Origin: a virus
Taxonomy: Duplodnaviria; Heunggongvirae; Uroviricota; Caudoviricetes
Direction: 5' to 3' (one strand)
Length of the DNA: 64,000 nucleotides
Virus record (IMG/VR): IMGVR_UViG_3300017605_000626
Location: 1-64,000 of that record
Shown here piece after piece: positions 19,027-27,648 of this stretch. The notes beneath the pieces were generated by a model. The model ran no database searches, had not been told where the DNA came from, and saw nothing but the letters and a program-made list of their open reading frames with translations. Both the position numbers and the translations under genes were made by a program. Position 1 is the stretch's first letter. Every line of letters begins with the position of its first letter.

Positions 19027-19227
19027 TTAAAGCCCTTTATATGGAATCACTCCAGCCATATTTTGATGATGAGATTCTAAGTGTTTCTTTAAATGACTAT
19101 AACTAAAGAAAACAAGTGTAATTTTTGTTTTCGGGTAAACACACGAATCACATCTTTCAAAAACTGAATTAGTTATTTTAAGAACTTGTTTTTTCTTTTT
19201 CATAAATATTATCTTCCTTAAAGACAA
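19027..19227 (-). CDS. hypothetical protein (66 aa)
   Basis: Track ORF. Confidence 0.3.
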   Translation of the reverse strand: MSLRKIIFMKKKKQVLKITNSVFERCDSCVYPKTKITLVFFSYSHLKKHLESHHQNMAGVIPYKGL

Positions 19228-19396
19228 TATGCTTTTTCATCCAGTTATGGTATTTATTTTCACTGGTTACAATCTTACCAATTAACTGCTGAATCTTGCC
19301 AATTAATAACCAGTAGAAGAAATACAAAGCAAACCAAGCAAATCTAATTTTATTCATAAACTCTTCAGTAAATATCATCAATAACCTCATCTTCAA
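19178..19396 (-). CDS. small membrane protein (72 aa)
   Basis: Hydrophobic segment. Confidence 0.3.
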   Translation of the reverse strand: MKMRLLMIFTEEFMNKIRFAWFALYFFYWLLIGKIQQLIGKIVTSENKYHNWMKKHIVFKEDNIYEKEKTSS

Positions 19397-19610
19397 CCAG
19401 ATTTTGCTCGTTAAGATTTGGTAAAAACTCTTCCCAAACTCTGGTTATATGCATGTCAACCCACCAAGAAACTAAAACCAATAATTCATTCATATGGATT
19501 ACCTCCAATTATAGCCTTAATTAGTGAATAAATGGGATTGTTTAGCGTTTAACGACGAAGTAATCGCAGCTAAAGACCTTGGACGTTCCAGATTTATCCA
19601 CTAATTAAGG

Positions 19611-19766
19611 TTATAACTTCTTTTTTCTTTTGTGCCATCTAATTCTATCACATTCACGACAATCCCTAGCACCACTAGGATTTATATAGGTATTTTTCCA
19701 ATTATATTCATGCCCATTAGGGCAATGAGTTTTTGGGGAATTAAGTTTTGCAAAGTAATTAGGCAT
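19611..19766 (-). CDS. small Zn-finger / HNH-like peptide (approximately 51 aa)
   Basis: Hand translation MPNYFAKLNSPKTHCPNGHEYNWKNTYINPSGARDCRECDRIRWHKRKKEVI. TAATG overlap with the upstream gene. Confidence 0.3.
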   Translation of the reverse strand: MPNYFAKLNSPKTHCPNGHEYNWKNTYINPSGARDCRECDRIRWHKRKKKL

Positions 19767-20008
19767 TATAGCTTGTAATAGGAGATGAAATTAAGAACAG
19801 ACTGTGAGGGTGTATAACCAAGTTGTGCGGTTAAATACCGAGTATACATTCTTTCCTTGGCCTTTTCTTCTTCAACAGACAAAAGGGAAAATGCTTTTTC
19901 GTCAATGCATCGTACTGTAAACTCGGCCACAGCATCAGCAGCAGCATAATCTCCGGTTAAAACTAGAGCAGTTCGAGCAGCAGAAGTTACAATCTTTTTG
20001 GCAGTCAT
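19766..20008 (-). CDS. hypothetical protein (80 aa)
   Basis: Track ORF. Confidence 0.4.
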   Translation of the reverse strand: MTAKKIVTSAARTALVLTGDYAAADAVAEFTVRCIDEKAFSLLSVEEEKAKERMYTRYLTAQLGYTPSQSVLNFISYYKL

Positions 20009-20725
20009 AAATCCCCCTAATTAATAAGCGTGTTAGGTAGTGGAATTAAATTGATCAAACGGTTAAACACTAATTCAATCGCCTCATCAATTGATTCCAG
20101 GTTATTAGCAAAACAGATCATTGCTAAATCACCTAAAGAATAATATGGTAATTCAAATATCTTTCTTGCTTTTTCATCATTTGTCATAAATCACCAATTA
20201 AAAAGGTAAATGGGAAGTAGGCGGCAACAGCCTGCCAGGACTTCCCATTAATAGGTCGTTCAGTTTCCCAGATTTAATTTATTTTGTTGTTTAGAATCTC
20301 ATTGTGTAGCCCTCCATATGGTTAAATACGCCTTATGGCGCATATGCTTATTAATGGCGGGTTTGGCTAGGTCCACCATTAACCTCTGCTGAGGCTATAT
20401 CTTATATATTATCTAATTTAATTTAATAAAGCTCTTTTCGTTACGTTCGCGCAAAGCATACAATCCCATACCAAAGCAATTGTAAACCGTTTTACCTTCC
20501 ACGGATAAGGAAAGCGCATAACAAATTGAGCACTAGTTGGAGCAATTTCCACACTAGCTTTGCAAGTCTATCGGCTATCCCCGTGTCACTCTTATCAGTT
20601 AGTATAATTCGCGGTTAAACGCCTTCAATTATACTCCTTGGACAAAGAAAATGACCGCAGTTCAACTAGCCGCACTTAGATTATTTCCAGTATTAGCTTC
20701 AGCCTAAAGCCACAACCAAAAATAC

Positions 20726-21379
20726 CTATGCGTTGGTTAAAAAATTACGGAGATAAACCAAATTATGCTGACTGTTATTTGGATCTTTCTCAGTAATTTG
20801 TAGATTAGTAAGCAGTTTATCTAGAGAAACATTGAACTCGCCTTGAACTGCCCTAATCTCAAACTCCTCTACTACATGGAGACAACGTGCAATCCATCTG
20901 GGGTGGAGACACATGTTAAAGAGCCTAAACTCCACCGTTTTATGCTCTGTTGGAAAGGATATGCAATCATGATGCAATCCAGTTCCTTTAATCCGCTCAT
21001 TTGCAGCCCCATCATTAAACCAAGTACCACTACCGCGACGATATACATTTGGGCGGAAAGACAATTTCTTTTCTTTGTAGAAATTCATAACTTTGCCGCA
21101 ATCAAGCAATAAAAGAGAGTAATTGCCTGAGTTATGGATATGCATTCCACAGGTTTTATTACCTTTAGCGCCGATCATCTTGAGAAAAGCCGCCATCTCA
21201 AACACTTGGGCTTTTTGATCCCAATTAAGAACAGGACTGACAACTTCCACACCAAATGGTTCAATTGTCGGATCTATCTTATCCACCCAACCAGGAAACC
21301 AATCCTTTAAGGCTCTTACTTGGTTCTTATAGGTAGAACCCCTTATACCAGCAACCTCAAACTCAATTCCAAATGGCAT
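20726..21379 (-). CDS. putative amidoligase-family (COOH-NH2 ligase) enzyme
   Basis: GMHIHNSG, a G-x-H-x-H segment characteristic of the phage-associated 'putative amidoligase' family. Weak call. Confidence 0.35.
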   Translation of the reverse strand: MPFGIEFEVAGIRGSTYKNQVRALKDWFPGWVDKIDPTIEPFGVEVVSPVLNWDQKAQVFEMAAFLKMIGAKGNKTCGMHIHNSGNYSLLLLDCGKVMNFYKEKKLSFRPNVYRRGSGTWFNDGAANERIKGTGLHHDCISFPTEHKTVEFRLFNMCLHPRWIARCLHVVEEFEIRAVQGEFNVSLDKLLTNLQITEKDPNNSQHNLVYLRNFLTNA

Positions 21380-21538
21380 ATAAATTCTCCAATTAAGAAT
21401 TAAATCGTTTTATTAAAACAATTAACAAAGTAATTGCCTTAATAAAACGGGCGATATCCCCGGTGATACCGCCCATTCACAAGCTATATCGCTATAGCCA
21501 ACACTAGGGCAAGTTATCCGGCATCCTAGTAAAAACGG

Positions 21539-21928
21539 TTAAGCCTTTGCACGAACGATCTTATTCTTGCTTCCCTTGGGACGACCACGCCCTTTCTTAG
21601 AGTTGCCATTAACAAGAGAATTTGCCAGTTTCAGCAAATCCTTTGGGTTAAGCTTCTCCAAAGCCGCAAGAACGGGATTCTCCATAGTCGCCACAACATT
21701 CTTGGGACGACCGTTAGGGAGCAATCTCACCGCAACCTGAACATCTAGATTATCGTGACCAGGCAAAGCCGAATAACGGGAATTACCTACTCCAGTTCCG
21801 GTTAAGGAATAGATTCGGTTGCCCTGTGCATTCGGCTCAGATAGCCGATCAGCAGGGAGTTTGCTGGTATCAATGGTTAACGTGAAACCAGGCCCACTGA
21901 TCGTGGTTACATTTACAATCTTAGGCAT
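21539..21928 (-). CDS. AT-hook DNA-binding protein
   Basis: C-terminal KKGRGRPKGSKNK. Confidence 0.45.
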   Translation of the reverse strand: MPKIVNVTTISGPGFTLTIDTSKLPADRLSEPNAQGNRIYSLTGTGVGNSRYSALPGHDNLDVQVAVRLLPNGRPKNVVATMENPVLAALEKLNPKDLLKLANSLVNGNSKKGRGRPKGSKNKIVRAKA

Positions 21929-22079
21929 TTGTTTTTCACCTCCTTTTTTGTAGAAATTAAAGAGTTTAGGACTTGTTAGGGCAGATAATATAGCTACTTC
22001 GAAGTGTAGAAGGTATCCCGTGGGATACCCCTACTAGCAATTATCTGCCCTAGCAAAGCCTAAGCTTTGCTTTCTACGA

Positions 22080-22541
22080 TTACTTGCATTCAACCGTAGA
22101 ATTTTCCATTCTTGTGCGGAATTGCTGCGTTTCTGCGTCAAAGGTCGCCCTAAGAACGTAGCGCACAATTAAATCATTGTCTGGACCGCTACCTGACAAC
22201 ACAAACTTTTGTCTGATTCCCTGATCGGTGAGCGTGTTCCTGTCAAACTGAAACTGTGCTTTCTCGTCAATGCGGACTTTATAGACGGCATTGCTCACCA
22301 TTCCGATGCCGACAGTATTATCCCCTTCTTTGACGTGGAATTGTACTAGGCCGATTGAACCATTAAACATCAGGTGAATGTTGGCAATTAACGAACCTGA
22401 AACTGCAACTGGTTCAGTAGTGCATGGCGCACTAAAGACTCCGCTCATTGGGGATTCTTCAGTGTAGTTCTGTTGCTGAGCAGCGGCATTCAAACTCAAA
22501 CAACAAACAATCATCATCAAAACGGTTAACATGCTTTTCAT
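22080..22541 (-). CDS. secreted protein with signal peptide
   Basis: MKSMLTVLMMIVCCLSLNAAAQQ. Confidence 0.5.
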   Translation of the reverse strand: MKSMLTVLMMIVCCLSLNAAAQQQNYTEESPMSGVFSAPCTTEPVAVSGSLIANIHLMFNGSIGLVQFHVKEGDNTVGIGMVSNAVYKVRIDEKAQFQFDRNTLTDQGIRQKFVLSGSGPDNDLIVRYVLRATFDAETQQFRTRMENSTVECK

Positions 22542-22574
22542 GCTACTAATCTCCTTTTTGTTTGGGCTGAGAAA

Positions 22575-22868
22575 TTAATACTGAATCTTGGCTGACAGAT
22601 AGGCAATATCTGTCATTGCTTTTTCCGCCTTATCTTCTGCGGTTACTCCAACTTGAGCCTCATACCGCGCAAGGTCAGCTTGCCGACGGATAAGAGCCTC
22701 TTTTCGCTTTTGATCCTTCGATTTGGGCATTAAAACCTCCATTTGAGATATACTTACTGCTGCACCAGGTACTCGCCTTCTAAAATCTGTTACAGAGTTT
22801 CTACTAGCACGCCGCCAATTCATGAAAAAATCTCCGGTTAAGTAAAGAGAACTAGGCTGTAAAGCCAC
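22575..22868 (-). CDS. hypothetical protein (97 aa)
   Basis: Track ORF. Confidence 0.4.
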   Translation of the reverse strand: MALQPSSLYLTGDFFMNWRRASRNSVTDFRRRVPGAAVSISQMEVLMPKSKDQKRKEALIRRQADLARYEAQVGVTAEDKAEKAMTDIAYLSAKIQY

Positions 22869-23234
22869 ACACAGAAAAGAAAGAAAATCTCAAGCCAATC
22901 ATCTTTCATGGCAATTATCCAATTAAAAATTTTTTAGTGCAATTTTGACAAACTAGAGCAGAGAAATGTTTTACCCAAATTAATGGGTATTTGCAGTTAT
23001 AACAGCGTCTATTAATAATTCTAGACACCATTCTGCTAAAGAAGTATCTAATACTGTCAAACATGAAACCTCCAATTCCTTTTCTAAAAACTAAAACGTA
23101 TTTAGTGTTTAGAAAAAGATTATCCAGTTATTCAAGCGATACTGGTAAACGCTCTCTTGGCTACAGGCGCATATAACCTCCAAGGTTATTTATTCAATTA
23201 AGAGAGAGGCAAATTCTACGTCTCACAGAATGGA

Positions 23235-23510
23235 TTAACTACGCGGTAAAGACTTGATGAGTCTTTCGTAGGCGTTTGGAAATTCTTTTTCGTAGTTAGG
23301 ATCAACTTCTCCTAACTCGTAAAGCTTTCCAGAACGAACGATAATCTTGTTTTCTTCCGAGTTAAACGCCATGATACCAGAAGTATTGATTGATTTACCA
23401 TCTTCAAACTTCGGATGGTTAAAAACCTTTCCATGAAGCCTTGGCGTTCTAGCTTCCGGTGCTTGAAACGGGTTATCACACGTAACGCACCAGTTTTCCA
23501 ATCTAGGCAT
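23235..23510 (-). CDS. hypothetical protein (91 aa)
   Basis: Track ORF. Confidence 0.4.
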   Translation of the reverse strand: MPRLENWCVTCDNPFQAPEARTPRLHGKVFNHPKFEDGKSINTSGIMAFNSEENKIIVRSGKLYELGEVDPNYEKEFPNAYERLIKSLPRS

Positions 23511-23528
23511 TTCTTCTCCTTTTTGCGG

Positions 23529-23804
23529 TTAAAACCCGCTACCTAAAAGATTTGCTAACAAACCAGAAATAAACTCTCTGTGCCTTTCAAGCCGATAAAG
23601 CTCTTGTGGCTCGTTCTGGCTTTTAATCCAACTAATTGCCCTGTTAACATCGTCCATCAATTCCCGCAAACATGGGAAACTTGGATAACGTGGATGTTTT
23701 CTCTTTGACGTGATTTGTCGCACGTTAACGGGATTAGTTAAACCAGGGCAATTAAGACAGCCATTAGAATACACTGGAAAATTGCAGTTATTGCACAGTT
23801 CCAC
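23529..23804 (-). CDS. hypothetical Cys-rich protein (91 aa)
   Basis: CNNCNF...CLNCPG. Confidence 0.4.
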   Translation of the reverse strand: MELCNNCNFPVYSNGCLNCPGLTNPVNVRQITSKRKHPRYPSFPCLRELMDDVNRAISWIKSQNEPQELYRLERHREFISGLLANLLGSGF

Positions 23805-23808
23805 AGGG

Positions 23809-24063
23809 TTAACCTCTCATGGATTTGAGTTTCTTGCTATGCACGCTACCAGTTCTACCAGATTTTGCTTTGTGAACTGGTTTACAACCGTGTTTCAGGG
23901 CTTGGATTGCCTTCGTTTTCTCCGCATTCTGAATTTGCTCACGGTTATCACCCTTTACGTTCCAGTTACAATCAGGAAACCCACAAGAAGGACATTCTGC
24001 CTCTTCTGGGAAACCATCAGGAACCATTATGGTATCGCTGGCACACTGTGGACAATAAAGCAT
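23809..24063 (-). CDS. zinc-ribbon protein (84 aa)
   Basis: CPQC...CPSC..C. Confidence 0.4.
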   Translation of the reverse strand: MLYCPQCASDTIMVPDGFPEEAECPSCGFPDCNWNVKGDNREQIQNAEKTKAIQALKHGCKPVHKAKSGRTGSVHSKKLKSMRG

Positions 24064-24073
24064 GGTTAAAACC

Positions 24074-24340
24074 TCACCCGTAAACTAGGATTTGTCTACC
24101 TTCTGGGCCTTTCACACAAATTCCACGGGATAATGGGCCGGATGAATCCCGCTCACCGTCAAAGAATTCTCCAACGGGAAAGTAATTGCTGGTTAAGAGC
24201 CAATTAAAAGCCTTTCTTTCCCATTCTAGGTACTCATCGCTGCAATACCCTTCATAATCAAAATCGGCTGGAAGGATATCGCACAGATTGCGGTAAAGCT
24301 TTCTGGTAGGACGAAAAACCATTGTTACAGTGTTTTCCAT
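24074..24340 (-). CDS. hypothetical protein (88 aa)
   Basis: Track ORF. Confidence 0.4.
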   Translation of the reverse strand: MENTVTMVFRPTRKLYRNLCDILPADFDYEGYCSDEYLEWERKAFNWLLTSNYFPVGEFFDGERDSSGPLSRGICVKGPEGRQILVYG

Positions 24341-24528
24341 AGCAAAACCTCCAGTTAAGAATTAGGGCTTATTGGAGAGGGCTTCGATTATAAACCCGTT
24401 GTTAAAGGGGTTTACGGGTAGAGTTATATAAGGAACTCCAGTTCCGTATTTCGCTCAATTCGCAATTGAGCACGGTATTTTTATATTCCCCGTTGTGCTC
24501 TGGAGTAACCAGCCCTCTCTAATAAAAC

Positions 24529-24731
24529 CTAATTACCTGTTAACTTAACCAGGTATCCGCGCAAAGTAGAAAGCTCTTCGTGTGGATCGGTTGAGATTAT
24601 GAATCTAGCACCATTGGGATGATTCCCGCTGGTTAACAAGATGCATCCCTTTTCTTCGTAATTCATCATGGCAGGAACGGCTCTTGTCATTATCTCGCTT
24701 TTAACAGCGATTGTGTAATGTAGTGGTTTCA
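24529..24731 (-). CDS. hypothetical protein (approximately 67 aa; track ORF trimmed to the SD-supported internal ATG)
   Basis: ATG MKPLHY with AGGGGAAA upstream. Overlaps the stop of the next gene. Confidence 0.35.
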
Positions 24732-24911
24732 TTTGGTTTCCCCTGAGTGAAGGAACATGATTGAAACGGTTAAACAAATTAGGGTTAATGCGCCTGTAAA
24801 CCAGGTGGCGAAAGTTTCGTTTTGCTTTAACGAAACTCCATAGCAAGCCGCCATTAAGACGGTCATTGCTAGAAACAAAAACGAAAGCGTGTAATTAACG
24901 ATTTTATACAT
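24729..24911 (-). CDS. small membrane protein (60 aa)
   Basis: Two hydrophobic helices. Confidence 0.35.
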   Translation of the reverse strand: MYKIVNYTLSFLFLAMTVLMAACYGVSLKQNETFATWFTGALTLICLTVSIMFLHSGETK

Positions 24912-25039
24912 TTCTCAAAATTCCCCCCAAATTTTACCATTAAAGCCGATTAGAAGCCCTTTTTCATTCAACCAGGCACACTAGAGATTTTCCAAGATTC
25001 ACAAAATTTAATTTGCGCTTATTGGGAAACCACCAGGCC

Positions 25040-25070
25040 AAAAAAATAGGGAAGGCATTATGCCTTCCCT
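25040..25070 (-). terminator. rho-independent terminator of the 386-aa island gene
   Basis: Hairpin AGGGAAGGCAttatGCCTTCCCT followed on the minus strand by TTTTTTT. Confidence 0.6.
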
Positions 25071-25094
25071 TGTACCAAAAAGCCTATTAGCTAT

Positions 25095-26255
25095 TTAGGC
25101 TTTGTGAAGGTTCCTGTTAACGTGCCTCGTTAACTCTTGAACCTGCCTCTTTAGTTCTCTAGCTTGCTTGCGAGCTTGCTTTTCCTTCATTCGTGCCTGC
25201 TTATCTTTCAACCGATCAAAGGCAGAGAATTGACTAGACATTTCTTTTTCTTGTCTAGGTCTACCATAGATTGCTCGGGTGATTGCTCCAACTGTGGGTA
25301 ATTCAATTACCTGACCTGCCTCGCAGTATTGTTTATCTGTCAAGTCAGGTTCAAATGACCTGTTAGGTAAGCTTGGAATACAGATAGGCACTAACACGTC
25401 CCTATACTGGTACTGGCAGACCTGCCTTGATTTGATAACTTGCTTGGCAGACTGCCAAAAGGTTTCTTGAAAAGCTTGCGCTTGCTTTGTTTCTTGCGCT
25501 TGACCATAGAAACGAGTCTCTATCTTTGTGAAAGTCTGGCTTGATTCTCGGAGTATAACGTTCGTCCACATAGGCATATAAACGAAACCTGCCTGCCTGA
25601 CCTGACCTGTGGGAAAGTGTAATCTCTTCTTATGCCAGATCTTGAACCGTTCAAAATGGTTCCTTTCAATCTTCAATCGTCTCCATAGCAGAATTTTTTC
25701 CTGTGGCTTGTCAGGAACTGTTTTGACCTGTGCCTTTCTATCGTCTGGCAGGCCTGGCTTGACCTGCCTTTTCTTGGGATAGATAAGCCTTTCAATTCCT
25801 GCCAGTTCTGCAAGCTTGCGAGTGTCTTTAGGGAAGTGTCTTCTAGCTTTTTCTAACTGGACAATCAAGGTTAGAGGAACATGGGAATCACTTTCCAAAG
25901 GCAGGAACGTGAAACCATGCACATTATCCTGACTGTTGCCTTTGGTCCAACTGTCAAAACTTTCCGTAGCATAGGCAATACTGGCTTGTATTGCCTTGTC
26001 AAGCCTTTCCAAGCTTGCTTTGCGTTCCTGTGCCTGCCTTTTCCAGACAGGCTTAACCTGCTCGAACGTGGAACGTTTTTCGAGCAAACTGGAAAAGTGT
26101 TCAAAGGCAGTCTGCCTCTTTTCCCTTCCAAAGATATCTTGTTTTTCTGCGAGGCAGTTCCAATCTCGAATAGCTTGGCTTTTGTCGATACCTGACAAAG
26201 CAATACAGGTTTCGACAAATGACCAAGCAATAACATGCCAACTAGGACTAGTCAT
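25095..26255 (-). CDS. basic K/R/Q-rich 386-aa protein (possible DNA-binding / replication-initiator-like), hypothetical
   Basis: Long ORF inside the GC-rich island with its own terminator. C-terminal basic coiled coil. Contains the CCTGCCTG repeat motif internally. Confidence 0.5.
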   Translation of the reverse strand: MTSPSWHVIAWSFVETCIALSGIDKSQAIRDWNCLAEKQDIFGREKRQTAFEHFSSLLEKRSTFEQVKPVWKRQAQERKASLERLDKAIQASIAYATESFDSWTKGNSQDNVHGFTFLPLESDSHVPLTLIVQLEKARRHFPKDTRKLAELAGIERLIYPKKRQVKPGLPDDRKAQVKTVPDKPQEKILLWRRLKIERNHFERFKIWHKKRLHFPTGQVRQAGFVYMPMWTNVILRESSQTFTKIETRFYGQAQETKQAQAFQETFWQSAKQVIKSRQVCQYQYRDVLVPICIPSLPNRSFEPDLTDKQYCEAGQVIELPTVGAITRAIYGRPRQEKEMSSQFSAFDRLKDKQARMKEKQARKQARELKRQVQELTRHVNRNLHKA

Positions 26256-26535
26256 TGCCTGCCTGCCTTTCCGATACCGTGCAATAAGTATCGTGCCATC
26301 CGTTCAATCCACCGCAAAACTCGCATTGTGTTTCCATGCCTTCATAAACTGGCAGGTAGGTAGGAACTATTTGAACCTGCCTTGCGTTCTTTCTGTTCTT
26401 TCGATCAAAGCGCTTGCAAGTTTTTTGAAACCTTGAGAATAACAGTCTTTTCCCAAGCTTTGAATCTGCCTGCTCAATAGACTTCAAAGGCAGGTTCAAA
26501 GTTAGTGTAGTTTGGTATCCGTATAACTTGTTCAT
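26248..26535 (-). CDS. hypothetical protein with C-terminal Cys/His cluster
   Basis: CEFCGG..WHDTYC. Confidence 0.35.
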   Translation of the reverse strand: MNKLYGYQTTLTLNLPLKSIEQADSKLGKRLLFSRFQKTCKRFDRKNRKNARQVQIVPTYLPVYEGMETQCEFCGGLNGWHDTYCTVSERQAGND

Positions 26536-26555
26536 TGTTTTACCTCATTGCGGAC

Positions 26556-26594
26556 ATAAAAAAAATGCCTGCTAGCACGATGCTAGCAGGCATT
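26556..26594 (-). terminator. rho-independent terminator
   Basis: 14-bp perfect inverted repeat AATGCCTGCTAGCAcgaTGCTAGCAGGCATT followed on the minus strand by TTTTTTTT. Confidence 0.65.
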
Positions 26595-26620
26595 GGAGAA
26601 AATGACCTGCCTGACCTGAC

Positions 26621-26967
26621 CTACTTTCCTGCCTGCCCCTTGTTCAATCCCTTCAGGTAGGCTTCAAGCAAGGGCTGGAATTGCGCGTCTGTGCGTGCCT
26701 TGCGTGCCAGTTCCTTTTTCTCGTCTGCGTCCGGAAATTCCGTGGAACTGTCTGTAATTCTGATCGAGACTGCGAACGTTCCAAGCTTCAACGTGTCCTG
26801 AAAAACAGTTGTGATGCCTGTCGTTTTCGATGCCTGATTCTGTTTGATGATATCGGCAACGTCGATTGACAGATGCGAACCATCAAGAACAGCACTCGAA
26901 CCCAAGCGCGTCATATCTGTAAAGCGCTTTACTGCCTCTGCCTTTACTGCCTTTGTTGCCTTTGCCA
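26621..26967 (-). CDS. hypothetical protein (115 aa from the SD-supported start MAKATKAVKAEA)
   Basis: AAGGAG 7 nt upstream of ATG at 26967. The track ORF extends further upstream. Confidence 0.5.
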
Positions 26968-27351
26968 TGATAATCTCCTTATAGGTGAAAAGGTTTTTTT
27001 GAGTGTCGATACACTCTATTTGTGCATGGAATAACCCATGCACAAACCATAGTATCGACTAGATTGCTCGCAGGTCAGAACTATCTACAATGAAGGAATA
27101 GCCGTTGTGCCTGACAAGTGAAACCTGCTCGAAACGGATGACCAGTACTACAAAAACCCCGTGATAGCTGAAAAGTTCTCCTTCGCGCTCATACATAGTG
27201 GCTTGCATGGGATTATCCTTTCCGCTCGTTAGCGAGGCAAGTTCAATAGAGGAACGATTGCTAGGCAATGTCCTAGAACATACACAACAAAAGAAGCAAT
27301 GAGTAAAGCTGGAACTGCAAAGAGTAAGCGCATGTTAATCCTTTCCTACTC

Positions 27352-27648
27352 TTACAGGTAGCATTTCGAGATAGCGTCACTAGCAGACCTATACAGGTTA
27401 GTGTATCGTCTATTTAGGTCTTCTGGGTTTTGCTCTACTGGCTTTCCTGACCTGTCTGTGTATAGGCCAATATACATACTGTTTGTCGCACAATCTGGAC
27501 AGGTCAGACTCATGAGCCGTTCAATTCTTTTTTCGCGTGCCTTTCCTCTGCCAAGGTTCCTGCCTGATACCAGATGGCCGCACTTGAGAGTAAAGCATTT
27601 TGGATAATCGTCTATGTGCTCACCATAATTGTCTTCTAGTCTCTTCAT
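27352..27648 (-). CDS. zinc-finger protein (98 aa)
   Basis: CFTLKCGH...CPDC. Confidence 0.4.
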   Translation of the reverse strand: MKRLEDNYGEHIDDYPKCFTLKCGHLVSGRNLGRGKAREKRIERLMSLTCPDCATNSMYIGLYTDRSGKPVEQNPEDLNRRYTNLYRSASDAISKCYL

